DNA from: an uncultured Arcobacteraceae bacterium | GTDB lineage: Bacteria; Campylobacterota; Campylobacteria; Campylobacterales; Arcobacteraceae | Direction of reading: 5' to 3' | Assembly: GCA_964022095.1 (NCBI GenBank) | Contig: CAXHZO010000014.1 | Span: 1 to 57,456 of the forward strand | Length of the DNA: 57,456 bases | In this document: positions 1 to 9,315 of the stretch, in pieces | Position numbering within the stretch: the first letter of the stretch is position 1 | Layout: the number at the start of each line of letters is the position of its first letter | Program-made: the position numbers and the translations under genes | The notes under the pieces: generated by a model | Database searches by the model: none | What the model was told of the DNA's origin: nothing | Seen by the model: only the letters and a program-made list of their open reading frames with translations

Positions 1-214
1 TAATTACTCCACCTGGAGAGTTGATATATAAATAGATATCTTTATCTGGATCTTCTGCTTCTAAGAAAAGTAATTGTGCAACTACTGTTGAAGCAACTGC
101 ATCATTTATTTCTCCACTAAGCATAATAATTCTATCTTTAAGAAGTCTAGAATAAATATCATAACTTCTTTCACCTCTTCCACTTTTTTCAACTACGTAT
201 GGTATATAACTCAT
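1..214 (-). CDS. clpP: ATP-dependent Clp protease proteolytic subunit (5' part; runs off window edge)
   Basis: Hand translation from ATG at 214: [71 protein letters not shown], the classic ClpP N-terminus. Directly follows tig. Confidence 0.97.
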   Translation of the reverse strand, partial: MSYIPYVVEKSGRGERSYDIYSRLLKDRIIMLSGEINDAVASTVVAQLLFLEAEDPDKDIYLYINSPGGVI

Positions 215-231
215 ATTAATTCCTATGTTAA

Positions 232-1533
232 TTATTTTCCTAATTTTTCGTCTAATAATTTAGTGATAACTTTATCTTCAATCATAGACATTTTGATTGC
301 AGGTAAATAACCGTTATCTTGGTATTGTTTTACAACTTCTTGTGGGTTTTGACCCATTTGCATTGCTTCAAAATATAATACTTGCATAACTTCTTGGTCA
401 CTTACATCTACATCTTCTTTTTTTGCTAAAGCATCAACGATAAAAGTAGCTTTTACTGAATTTTCAGCATCTTCTCTTAATTCATCTCTCATTTCTTCAA
501 CTTTTGAAGCATCTTCTTGTAAAGCTTTGATTTCATCTTCGCTTAATGATCTAACTTTATTATTTAACGCATAATTGATTTCTTGATCAACTACTGAAGA
601 TGGTAATGCAAATTTAGTTTCTTTAACTAAAGTTTCTAAAAATACTGGTTTTAAATCTTCTCTGTAGTATTTAGCTTTTGATTCTGCTGATAATTGCTCA
701 GAGATTTTAGCTTTTAAGTTTTCTAAAGTTGCTTCTTCACCATCTGGTAAGAACTGTTTAGCAAACTCATCGTTTAACTCAGCTTCTGCTTTTTCTTGGA
801 TTTCATGTAATTTTACTTTAAATACAGCATCTTTACCTTTTAAGTTTTCAGCTTGGTAATTTTCAGGGAAAGTTACAGTGATTTCTTTTTCTTCTTCATA
901 TTTCATACCAATAATTTGATCTTCAAATCCTGGGATAAATGAGTTAGAACCGATTTCTAATACGTACTCTTCAGCTTTTCCACCATCAAATGCAACACCA
1001 TCAACAAAACCTTCAAAGTCAATCACAACATGATCTTCTTCTCTAACCATTCTTTTTCTAGCAATTTTCTTTAATGGAGCATTTTGCTTAGCCATTTCTT
1101 GTAATCTAGCAGTAACTTCTTCATCAGTTGCTTCTTTAGACTCAACTGCAGGAACTAATGATTTATAATCACCTAATTCAATTTGTGGCTTAGTAGCTAC
1201 TTTAATTTCAATTTCAATTGAACCATCTTCTTTTTTATCAAATTTAGAAATTGCTGGCTCACCAACTAAATCTTCATTCTCAATATTTAATTCTTTTAAA
1301 CCAGCGTTTAATACAGATCTTAATGCTTCACCTTCAGCATCTTCTCTTAATTTGTCAGCATATCTTTGTTTTACAACTGCTACAGGTACTTTACCTTTTC
1401 TGAAACCTTGAATATCAAGTGTTTTTGCAGCTTCTTTAGCTACTTTGTCTAAGTTAGACTCAATAGTCTCTTTTGCTAACGTTGCAGAAACTTCAGCATT
1501 TGCTTCGTCAACTCTTTTTGCGTTAAATTCCAT
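232..1533 (-). CDS. tig: Trigger factor
   Basis: GFRKGKVP ribosome-binding motif, FKBP domain (VIDFEG...[11 protein letters not shown]), and tig-clpP synteny. Confidence 0.98.
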   Translation of the reverse strand: MEFNAKRVDEANAEVSATLAKETIESNLDKVAKEAAKTLDIQGFRKGKVPVAVVKQRYADKLREDAEGEALRSVLNAGLKELNIENEDLVGEPAISKFDKKEDGSIEIEIKVATKPQIELGDYKSLVPAVESKEATDEEVTARLQEMAKQNAPLKKIARKRMVREEDHVVIDFEGFVDGVAFDGGKAEEYVLEIGSNSFIPGFEDQIIGMKYEEEKEITVTFPENYQAENLKGKDAVFKVKLHEIQEKAEAELNDEFAKQFLPDGEEATLENLKAKISEQLSAESKAKYYREDLKPVFLETLVKETKFALPSSVVDQEINYALNNKVRSLSEDEIKALQEDASKVEEMRDELREDAENSVKATFIVDALAKKEDVDVSDQEVMQVLYFEAMQMGQNPQEVVKQYQDNGYLPAIKMSMIEDKVITKLLDEKLGK

Positions 1534-1624
1534 TAAATTTACTCCGATATTTTTAATTTTAACCGTGATTTTATCTAATAATTACTTGTGCTTTACTAAA
1601 ATACTATTTATAAAGGAGTTTGCA

Positions 1625-3253
1625 TTGAAATTTATCTATATAAATGTGTTATTACTAATGTTGATTCCAAGTATAATTCTAATGTATTTAATCATAACAA
1701 AACAAAGTACCCTGAACAAATATTTTTCTGATGAAGTTTTAAACAAACTTAATGTTTCTAATCAATATTTTTCAAATAAAGCTAGAAATATAACTATGTT
1801 TTTAGCACTAATATTTTTTATTATTGCCCTTGCACGGCCTGTGACAAATGAAAAACAACACCAAATAACAAATGAAAAAACAATTCCACTTGTAATAGCT
1901 CTTGATGTGTCAAAATCAATGCTTGCAAATGATATTTACCCTACAAGATTAGATTTTGCAAAAAAGAAACTTCTAGAGATAATTGATTATTCAAAACAAA
2001 ACTCAATTGCAGTTATTTTATTTGCAAAATCTTCATATGTGTTAAGTCCTCTTACAACTGATTTTAACTCTTTGAAGATTTTAATTAATAATTTAGACAC
2101 CGGAGTTAATTTTGATAATGGAACAAATATCTTATCTGTAATAGAATCAACTTCTAAACTTACAAAAAATTTCGAAAATAGAAATCTTCTTATATTAACT
2201 GATGGTGGAGATAATCTAAGTTTTGAAAAAGAGATAAACTTAGCAAAACAAAGCAATACAAAAGTCTATACTTTAGCTTTAGCAACAAAAAAAGGTTCAG
2301 CAGTAAGATTAAATGATGGAAACTATCTTACAGATAAAAAAGGCAATATTGTAAATCTAAAATTAAATGAAAATATAAAAAATTTAAGCTTAGATACAAA
2401 GGCTGGGTATATAAATTATACTCTTGATAATAGTGATTTCAAACAAATACTTAATGATATAAACTCAAAATCCAATGAACTTATTCAAACAAATAAAAAG
2501 ATGAAAAGCTATACTGAACTATTTTATTATCCCTTAGCCCTTGGAGTTATTTTTTTGCTAATTGCAAACTCTTCAATGCCTTCATTTAAGAAAAAAACTT
2601 CTACAAGTTTATTTATTATATGTTTAACTTTTTTTGGGTTAAACACAAAAAGTTATGCATTAGAATTTGATTTTGAAATCATTAAAGAAGCAAATCAAAA
2701 CTACAAAAATCAAGACTACGATAATGCAATTAAAAACTATGAGAAACTAGAGTCTAGTTCTCAAAGTGAGTATAACTTAGCAAATGCATATTATAAAAAT
2801 AAGCAGTATAAAAAAGCAGCGAAACTTTATGAAAATATAAAAACAGACGATAGAGATTTAGATTTTCAAAGATTACATAATCTTGGTAATAGTTATGCAA
2901 AAGCTGGTGAGATAAATAAAGCTATAAAAGCATATGAAAACTCATTAAAAATCAAAGAAGATAAACTTACAAAAGAAAACTTAGAATTATTAAAAAAATT
3001 AAAAGATAAGAAAAATCAAAAAAAGAGTAAAAAACCTGAAAATAAAAAAGATAAAAAAGATAAAAAAAATAAGAATAAAAAAAGTGAAGAAAACAAATCC
3101 AATAAAGAATCTAGTAATAAAAAACAAAAAGAGGAAATAATGACTAAGTATGAAGAGGAAAAGTGGCTAAAACAGCTAGAAAACAAAAAAACAAACTCTT
3201 TACTTAAGAAGATGAAATCCTCAAAACAGGATTCATCTTCAAATCCATGGTAG
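1625..3253 (+). CDS. VWA (MIDAS) plus TPR membrane protein, BatB/BatC-like, with Lys-rich tail
   Basis: ALARP, DVSKSM (DxSxS), GTN and LTDG MIDAS elements; TPRs (YNLANAYYK, HNLGNSY); ends ...NPW. Start moved from 1445 (which overlaps tig) to the in-frame TTG at 1625 behind AAGGAG. Confidence 0.85.
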   Translation: MKFIYINVLLLMLIPSIILMYLIITKQSTLNKYFSDEVLNKLNVSNQYFSNKARNITMFLALIFFIIALARPVTNEKQHQITNEKTIPLVIALDVSKSMLANDIYPTRLDFAKKKLLEIIDYSKQNSIAVILFAKSSYVLSPLTTDFNSLKILINNLDTGVNFDNGTNILSVIESTSKLTKNFENRNLLILTDGGDNLSFEKEINLAKQSNTKVYTLALATKKGSAVRLNDGNYLTDKKGNIVNLKLNENIKNLSLDTKAGYINYTLDNSDFKQILNDINSKSNELIQTNKKMKSYTELFYYPLALGVIFLLIANSSMPSFKKKTSTSLFIICLTFFGLNTKSYALEFDFEIIKEANQNYKNQDYDNAIKNYEKLESSSQSEYNLANAYYKNKQYKKAAKLYENIKTDDRDLDFQRLHNLGNSYAKAGEINKAIKAYENSLKIKEDKLTKENLELLKKLKDKKNQKKSKKPENKKDKKDKKNKNKKSEENKSNKESSNKKQKEEIMTKYEEEKWLKQLENKKTNSLLKKMKSSKQDSSSNPW

Positions 3254-3256
3254 CAA

Positions 3257-4378
3257 TTAGTAGTTTTTAGATTTTCTCATTTGAAGTAGCTCTTTTTGAA
3301 CTGAAATATTTATTCTTTCATTTGGTTCAAAATTTAAAGAGTAATTTCTTCCATCATAATCAACAGAATTTAAAATGATTTTCATAGCTTCTAATCTTGC
3401 TTTATGCTTATCATCACTTCTTACAATATGCCATGGAGCAGATCTTGAAGTTGTTCTTCTTAACATCTCATATTTCTTTTCTGAGAACTCATCCCATAAA
3501 TCTTGAGCTTGCATATCAACTTCTGAGAATTTCCATTGTCTTAGTGGATCTTCGATTCTTCTATCAAATCTTCTTTTTTGCTCTTCTTTTGATACAGAGA
3601 AATAAAGTTTGATTAAAACCATTCCTTGTCTTACTAAATCTTGCTCGAAATTAACAATATCTTCCATAAAAATTTCATGCTCTTCTTTAGTACAGAAACC
3701 AAAAATTGGTTCAACCATTGCTCTGTTGTACCAACTTCTATCAAAAAGTACTATCTCTCCACCTGTAGGGAAATGAGTTATATATCTTTGCATAAACCAT
3801 TGATTTCTTTGTGTCTCTGTTGGCTTACCAAGGGCAACAACTCTATAATGTTTATTATTCATATATCTAGTGATTCGTCTAATAGCACCACCTTTACCCG
3901 ATGCATCTCTACCTTCAAAAAGAATAATCATTCTTTTATTCTCTTTTTCAAGCCAATTTTGAAGTTTAATAAGTTCAATCTGATATGGTTTTAACTCTTC
4001 TAAGTCATATATTTTTTGAATACCATCTTTTAAACTATCTTCTTTTAGATCTTCAAAATTTCCTAAAATATTTTTTAGTTGCTCATTCTCTTTTTGTAAT
4101 TGTTCTACTTTTTCAGTATCTGCTTCTATCACTTTACTTTTAACTACCTTTTCATTTTTCTCTTCACTTTTTAAGACAATTGACTCTTTAAATATATTCA
4201 TAAGATCAAGAGCTTTTCTTTTTGTAATATTGTCTTTTTTTGTGTAACCTAAAACTTTTACATATCTTTTTTTATCAAATTGAAATCTTGCAATATATTT
4301 TTTCCCATAATCAGGATGTGTAGCTTTTGATACGTATAGCCCACTGTAATTTGTTTTTTCAAAGTCACTTAAATTCAT
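3257..4378 (-). CDS. ppk2: Polyphosphate kinase 2 with an extra ~125-aa N-terminal region
   Basis: FEGRDASGKGG Walker A, FDRSWYNRA, lid RRIEDPLRQWKFS. Confidence 0.93.
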   Translation of the reverse strand: MNLSDFEKTNYSGLYVSKATHPDYGKKYIARFQFDKKRYVKVLGYTKKDNITKRKALDLMNIFKESIVLKSEEKNEKVVKSKVIEADTEKVEQLQKENEQLKNILGNFEDLKEDSLKDGIQKIYDLEELKPYQIELIKLQNWLEKENKRMIILFEGRDASGKGGAIRRITRYMNNKHYRVVALGKPTETQRNQWFMQRYITHFPTGGEIVLFDRSWYNRAMVEPIFGFCTKEEHEIFMEDIVNFEQDLVRQGMVLIKLYFSVSKEEQKRRFDRRIEDPLRQWKFSEVDMQAQDLWDEFSEKKYEMLRRTTSRSAPWHIVRSDDKHKARLEAMKIILNSVDYDGRNYSLNFEPNERINISVQKELLQMRKSKNY

Positions 4379-5286
4379 GAGTTAGAAGCCCTTGCAAATT
4401 TATTTTCTTGTTCCATATTTTCAATCTCTTCTGTACCAGAAATTAATATCTCTTTATCAACTACTAAATTTTCACTTGCATCAGTCTTACCTGGATAATC
4501 AACATTATTTAAAATGTGCTTTATACAGTTTATTCTAGCTTTCTTTTTATTATCACTTCGAACTACTGTCCAAGGTGAAATATCAGTATTTGAAGCCATT
4601 AACATAGAAAATTTAGCAATAGTATATTTGTCCCACAGTTTTTGAGACTCTTTATCAACTGGACTTAATTTAAATTGTTTTAGAGGATCAGTTTCTCTTT
4701 TTTTGAATCTTCTAGCTTGTTCTTTTTTTGATACTGAAATATAAAACTTCATTAAAATAATTCCAGATTTTACAATCATTTTTTCAAAATCAGGAACTTC
4801 TCTTAAAAACTCATGATGTTCTTCAGTTGTACAAAATCCCATAACTGGTTCAACTCCAGCTCTGTTATACCAACTTCTATCAAAAAGTACTATCTCACCA
4901 GCACTTGGTAAGTGTTTAGTATATCTTTGGAAATACCATTGAGTAGTTTCTTTGTCACTTGGCTTTTCAAGTGCAACCACTCTTGCACCCCTTGGATTTA
5001 AATGTTCTGTGATTCTTTTGATAGTTCCACCCTTACCAGCTGCATCCCTACCTTCAAAAATCATTAGAACTTTTAGTCCTTTTTCTTTTACGTGATTTTG
5101 AAATTTTAAAAGTTCAATTTGTAGTTTAGTTAACTCTTTTTCATACTCTAAAGTCTCTTTTTTAACCCAAATTTGGACTTTTTTACCTTTTTGTTTTAAT
5201 TTCTTTTTCTTTTTCTTTTTTGGAGTATCTAATTCTTCTTGATCTTTTAATTCATCACTTATTATGTCTCTTTTTTGCCCCATCAT
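4375..5286 (-). CDS. ppk2: Polyphosphate kinase 2
   Basis: FEGRDAAGKGG, FDRSWYNRAGVE, DPLKQFKLSPVD; 4-bp overlap with the second ppk2. Confidence 0.96.
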   Translation of the reverse strand: MMGQKRDIISDELKDQEELDTPKKKKKKKLKQKGKKVQIWVKKETLEYEKELTKLQIELLKFQNHVKEKGLKVLMIFEGRDAAGKGGTIKRITEHLNPRGARVVALEKPSDKETTQWYFQRYTKHLPSAGEIVLFDRSWYNRAGVEPVMGFCTTEEHHEFLREVPDFEKMIVKSGIILMKFYISVSKKEQARRFKKRETDPLKQFKLSPVDKESQKLWDKYTIAKFSMLMASNTDISPWTVVRSDNKKKARINCIKHILNNVDYPGKTDASENLVVDKEILISGTEEIENMEQENKFARASNS

Positions 5287-5303
5287 TTTGATATGTATCC
5301 TTA

Positions 5304-6458
5304 TTAAAGTCTCATTTTGTAATTATTATATCCAAAGTTTTTTACAATTTGGTAACATTTATTGTTCTTTTTTATTACAATTGATGGTAACTTAATTCCA
5401 TTAAAGGTTGTAGTTTTAACCATTGTATAATGAATCATATCTTCTAAAATGATTTTATCCCCTATTTCTAAAGGCTTATCAAATGAATAATCCCCAATAA
5501 TATCACCAGCAAGACAAGTATTTCCGCCTAGCCTGTAAGTATATTTTTTTTCACCCGCAACTCCACTATTTCTAATATCAGCTCTATATGGCATTGCTAA
5601 AGTATCTGGCATATGTGCTTCTGCAGAGGTATCCAAAATAGCTAGTTGCATTCCATTATGAACAATATCTAAAACAGTAGCCATTAGGTATCCAGTTTGC
5701 CAACCTACTGCTTCACCTGGTTCTAAATATACTTTTAAGTGAGGATATCTTTTTTTGAAATCTTTTAGTAATTTGATTAATCCTTCTACATCATAATCAG
5801 CTCTAGTTATATGATGACCTCCACCAAAATTTACCCACTTTAATTGATTAAAATATTGGCTAAAGTTTTTTTCAAAGTTTCCTAAAGCACCCTCAAGTGC
5901 ATCTACATTTTGCTCACAAAGTGCATGAAAATGAAAACCATCTAGATACTGTAACATTGATTCATCAAAGTTTGCCTTTGTAGTTCCAAGTCTTGAAAAT
6001 GGCGCACAAGGATTATATAAATCTACCTCAACAGATGAGTACTCAGGATTTAGTCTAATTCCTAACGATACTTTTCCATAAGCTTTGTCTTTATATCTTT
6101 TTAATTGGTTAAATGAGTTAAATACTAAGTGATTAGACAAAGAGATGATTTCATCAATCTCTTCATCTTTAAAAGCAGGTGAATAAGTATGAACTTCACC
6201 TTTAAACTCTTCTTTTGCTAAGATTGCTTCATGAAGACCAGAAGCGCAACAACCTTTTAGATATTTTTTACATAACTCAAAAGTTGATTGCATCGCAAAA
6301 CCTTTTAAAGCCAAAAGGATATTTACATCTGCTTCATCTTGAACTTTTTTTAAAAGTTTTAAATTTTTTTCTAATAATTCTTCTTCACAAACAAAACTCG
6401 GACTAGGTAATTTTTCTATACTATCAACTACCTCAAAATTATTCTTCGTATGGTTCAA
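5304..6458 (-). CDS. nspC: Carboxynorspermidine/carboxyspermidine decarboxylase
   Basis: ALKGF PLP lysine, [37 protein letters not shown]. Start codon is uncertain (see findings). Confidence 0.95.
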   Translation of the reverse strand: MNHTKNNFEVVDSIEKLPSPSFVCEEELLEKNLKLLKKVQDEADVNILLALKGFAMQSTFELCKKYLKGCCASGLHEAILAKEEFKGEVHTYSPAFKDEEIDEIISLSNHLVFNSFNQLKRYKDKAYGKVSLGIRLNPEYSSVEVDLYNPCAPFSRLGTTKANFDESMLQYLDGFHFHALCEQNVDALEGALGNFEKNFSQYFNQLKWVNFGGGHHITRADYDVEGLIKLLKDFKKRYPHLKVYLEPGEAVGWQTGYLMATVLDIVHNGMQLAILDTSAEAHMPDTLAMPYRADIRNSGVAGEKKYTYRLGGNTCLAGDIIGDYSFDKPLEIGDKIILEDMIHYTMVKTTTFNGIKLPSIVIKKNNKCYQIVKNFGYNNYKMRL

Positions 6459-6603
6459 AGTCTTCTTTTCCTACGCCACAATCTGGGCATTCCCAGTCAT
6501 CAGGAATATCTTCAAAAGCTGTTCCTGGTTCAATCCCACTATCTGGATCACCAATTGCTGGATCATAGATATAATCACATGCTGTACAAATATATTTTTT
6601 CAT
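6439..6603 (-). CDS. Rubredoxin, 54 aa (not in ORF track)
   Basis: Hand translation [54 protein letters not shown]; two CxxC knuckles; AAGGA RBS upstream. Confidence 0.97.
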   Translation of the reverse strand: MKKYICTACDYIYDPAIGDPDSGIEPGTAFEDIPDDWECPDCGVGKEDFEPYEE

Positions 6604-6678
6604 TATTTATCCTTTATATAGTGATATTACTATTTAATCAGATTTACATGAACAAAAGATTAACGAGTTGTATAAATA

Positions 6679-7875
6679 CTACTCAAGCTCTAATATTTTC
6701 CAAGGTAATCCTTGAGTCATTAACTCATCCATAAATGGTTTTGCATCAAACTCTTCTATATTAAATACTCCAGTATTTTTCCAAATACCTTTATAAAGCA
6801 TTTTAGAACCAATCATAGCTGGGACTCCAGTAGTATATGAAACTGCTTGAGCACCTGTTTCTTTATAGCACTCTTGATGGTCACACGTGTTGTAGATATA
6901 AACTTTTTTCTTTTTACCATCTTTAATACCTTCAATGATACAACCAATGTTTGTCATACCAACTGTTCTTTCCCCTAAACTTGCAGGATCTGGTAAAAGT
7001 GTAGTTAGAAACTCAATTGGAGTTATTTCTACGCCTTTATGCATTACAGGCTCTATTCCTAACATACCAACATTTTGTAAGCAGTTCATATGTTGGATAT
7101 ATGAATCTCCAAATGTCATAAAGAATCTAATTCTTTTTAAACCTTTTATGTTTTTAGACAATGACTCTAACTCTTCGTGGTATAAAAGATATGAAGGTTT
7201 AACTCCAACTTCTGGATAATCGTGTTCAACTCTTATTTCTAAAGGTTTTGTCTCAATCCATTTTCCCTCTTCCCAATATCTACCATTTGCACTAACTTCT
7301 CTTAAGTTAATTTCTGGGTTAAAATTCGTAGCAAATGGATATCCATGATCACCTGCATTACAATCCATAATATCAATGTAGTGAATCTCATCAAATAAGT
7401 TTTGTTGGGCATATGCACAAAATACACCTGTTACACCTGGATCAAAACCTGAGCCTAAAAGTCCCATAATTCCAGCATCTTTAAACTGACCATCTCTAGC
7501 CCACTGTTCTTTGTATTCAAACTTAGCTTCATCTGGGTGCTCATAATTTGCAGTGTCAACATAATCAACACCAGTTTTTGTACAAGCATCCATGATAGTT
7601 AAGTCTTGATAAGGTAAAGCTACATTTAATACTAACTTTGGATTTACTTTTTGTATTAGCTTTACTAACTCATCAACATTATCAGCATCAACTGTGGCAG
7701 TATCAATCTCAACCCCTTGGTTTTTCTTAATCTCAGCAGCGATTGCATCACATTTAGAAACTGTTCTAGATGCTAAAGTAATATTTTCAAATGTGTCAAT
7801 ATTCATCGCACATTTAACTGTAGCTACTCTACTAACTCCACCTGCACCGATAATTAAAATACCTTTTTTATTCAT
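6679..7875 (-). CDS. Saccharopine dehydrogenase family; carboxynorspermidine dehydrogenase/synthase
   Basis: IIGAGGV Rossmann motif, NVALPYQD, DTANYE, GSGFDPG, TNFNPEINLRE; upstream of nspC. Start set at ATG 7875 behind GGAG. Confidence 0.92.
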   Translation of the reverse strand: MNKKGILIIGAGGVSRVATVKCAMNIDTFENITLASRTVSKCDAIAAEIKKNQGVEIDTATVDADNVDELVKLIQKVNPKLVLNVALPYQDLTIMDACTKTGVDYVDTANYEHPDEAKFEYKEQWARDGQFKDAGIMGLLGSGFDPGVTGVFCAYAQQNLFDEIHYIDIMDCNAGDHGYPFATNFNPEINLREVSANGRYWEEGKWIETKPLEIRVEHDYPEVGVKPSYLLYHEELESLSKNIKGLKRIRFFMTFGDSYIQHMNCLQNVGMLGIEPVMHKGVEITPIEFLTTLLPDPASLGERTVGMTNIGCIIEGIKDGKKKKVYIYNTCDHQECYKETGAQAVSYTTGVPAMIGSKMLYKGIWKNTGVFNIEEFDAKPFMDELMTQGLPWKILELE

Positions 7876-7985
7876 TATTTTCTCCGATAAAATTTTCACT
7901 GATATTATACTATTTTATTGTATAATAATATTTGAATATTGAAAAAATTAAGAATTATTAGGATAGTATTCCAAACTTTCATCAT

Positions 7986-8384
7986 GGGGATGACTTGGTA
8001 TCGATTAGAGCAGTGAGTTCTAGTTGCATGTCGGCCTGGGCATGCCGTTACGCGGCCCATTTTTTTTAGACGCAAATAATACAAATTACGCTCCAGCTTA
8101 CGCTAAAGCTGCGTAAGTTTAACAACTTATATTAGACTCCCTTCGGGTTGAGTCTTTTGGAGGCTCGCACTACTGATTCTATCTAAGTAGAGTTTGCGGG
8201 TTCACCCTAGATAGATCATCTTTAAGAGTTTGATTGGCTTTTATTGAGACATTTTTAATCTTAGCTATTTGATTGCCTTTGGGAGTTGAGCTGTCATATA
8301 GTGAAATTTTTCAACTCTTCTAAACATGTAGACGCTATTATGACCTGTTTTAAGACTGGAGTTCGACTCTCCACATCTCCACCA
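7986..8384 (+). ncRNA. ssrA: tmRNA; tag peptide ANNTNYAPAYAKAA* at 8072-8116
   Basis: 5' GGGGATGAC..., T-arm GGAGTTCGACTCTCC, 3' ...CATCTCCACCA; tag frame GCA AAT AAT ACA AAT TAC GCT CCA GCT TAC GCT AAA GCT GCG TAA. Confidence 0.97.
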
Positions 8385-8538
8385 ATACACAAAGTCTCTT
8401 TCCTTTAAGTTATTTCATTTATTCTAGTATAATTTATTCTAAAATATATTCTTTAACAAAATATCTTTTTACATATGTATCATTATAAGAGATACTTGGG
8501 TAGAATTTCAATTAAACTATCTTAAGGATAAGTCATTT

Positions 8539-9309
8539 ATGGAAACAAATCAGCAAAAAAATATTGCAATGTTTATTGATTGTGATAACGTTAGTGCAAA
8601 ATATATTGATAGTATTTTTAAAGATCTATCTCAATATGGGAAAATTACTATTAGAAAAGCATATGGCGATTGGTCAAATAGACATCTTAATAGTTGGGAA
8701 AATGTTTTATTAGACTACAGTATTCAGCCTTATCAACAATTTGCTTATACAAATAATAAAAACGCTTCGGATATTGCAATTGTAATTGATGTTATGGATT
8801 CAATCTATACAAAAGATATTGATGTTGTTGCCTTAATTACAAGTGATAGTGATTTTACACCACTTGTTGCAAGAATTTTATCTGATGCTAAAACTGTACT
8901 TGGATATGGGGAAGAGAAAACACCAGATGCTTTAGTAAAGGCCTGTTCTCAATTTATCTATGTAGAAAAATTTATTCAGTTACAAGAAAAAAGCAAAGAA
9001 TTTAATGACATTAGTGAAGATAAACAAGATTTCAAAAACAGTTATAAAGGTAAAGATTATGATGCAAAAAAAGATCATAATTTAAAAAAATCATTAATTG
9101 ATGCAGTGGAGCAAGTATCTGGGGATAATGGATGGGCTGATTTAAAAGATGTAGGTTTATATATAAGTCAAAATAGTTCTTTCTCCCCAATTAATCATGG
9201 ATTTAAAAAATTAGGATTATTAATTAAATATTTAGACATTTTTGAAGTTCGATACACAAATGACAACTTCACATTATTAGTAAGACCTGACAGAAATAAT
9301 TTTGATTAA
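8539..9309 (+). CDS. NYN (LabA/DUF88, PIN-like) domain protein with C-terminal OST-HTH/LOTUS domain
   Basis: FIDCDN, KAYGDW, KNASDIAIVID, SDSDFTPL, VLGYG; C-terminal GWADL..VG...FSPINHGFKKL..L. Confidence 0.88.
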   Translation: METNQQKNIAMFIDCDNVSAKYIDSIFKDLSQYGKITIRKAYGDWSNRHLNSWENVLLDYSIQPYQQFAYTNNKNASDIAIVIDVMDSIYTKDIDVVALITSDSDFTPLVARILSDAKTVLGYGEEKTPDALVKACSQFIYVEKFIQLQEKSKEFNDISEDKQDFKNSYKGKDYDAKKDHNLKKSLIDAVEQVSGDNGWADLKDVGLYISQNSSFSPINHGFKKLGLLIKYLDIFEVRYTNDNFTLLVRPDRNNFD

Positions 9310-9315
9310 GAATTA

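Noticed and set aside
1445-1624. N-terminal 60 codons of the 602-aa ORF
   Set aside because: They overlap tig on the opposite strand; an RBS-backed in-frame TTG at 1625 is the better start.
2990-3130. A-rich tandem-like repeats as a contingency locus
   Set aside because: They simply encode the in-frame Lys/Asp/Asn-rich tail; no poly-G/C phase-variation tract was seen in the window.
4178-4378. Integrase pseudogene or mobile element at the ppk2 N-terminus
   Set aside because: There is no catalytic tyrosine-recombinase domain, frameshift or att site; the segment is in frame with PPK2 and coupled to the upstream gene, so it is treated as a fusion domain.
6450-6734. 94-aa plus-strand ORF
   Set aside because: It is an antisense shadow of the rubredoxin gene and the dehydrogenase 3' end.
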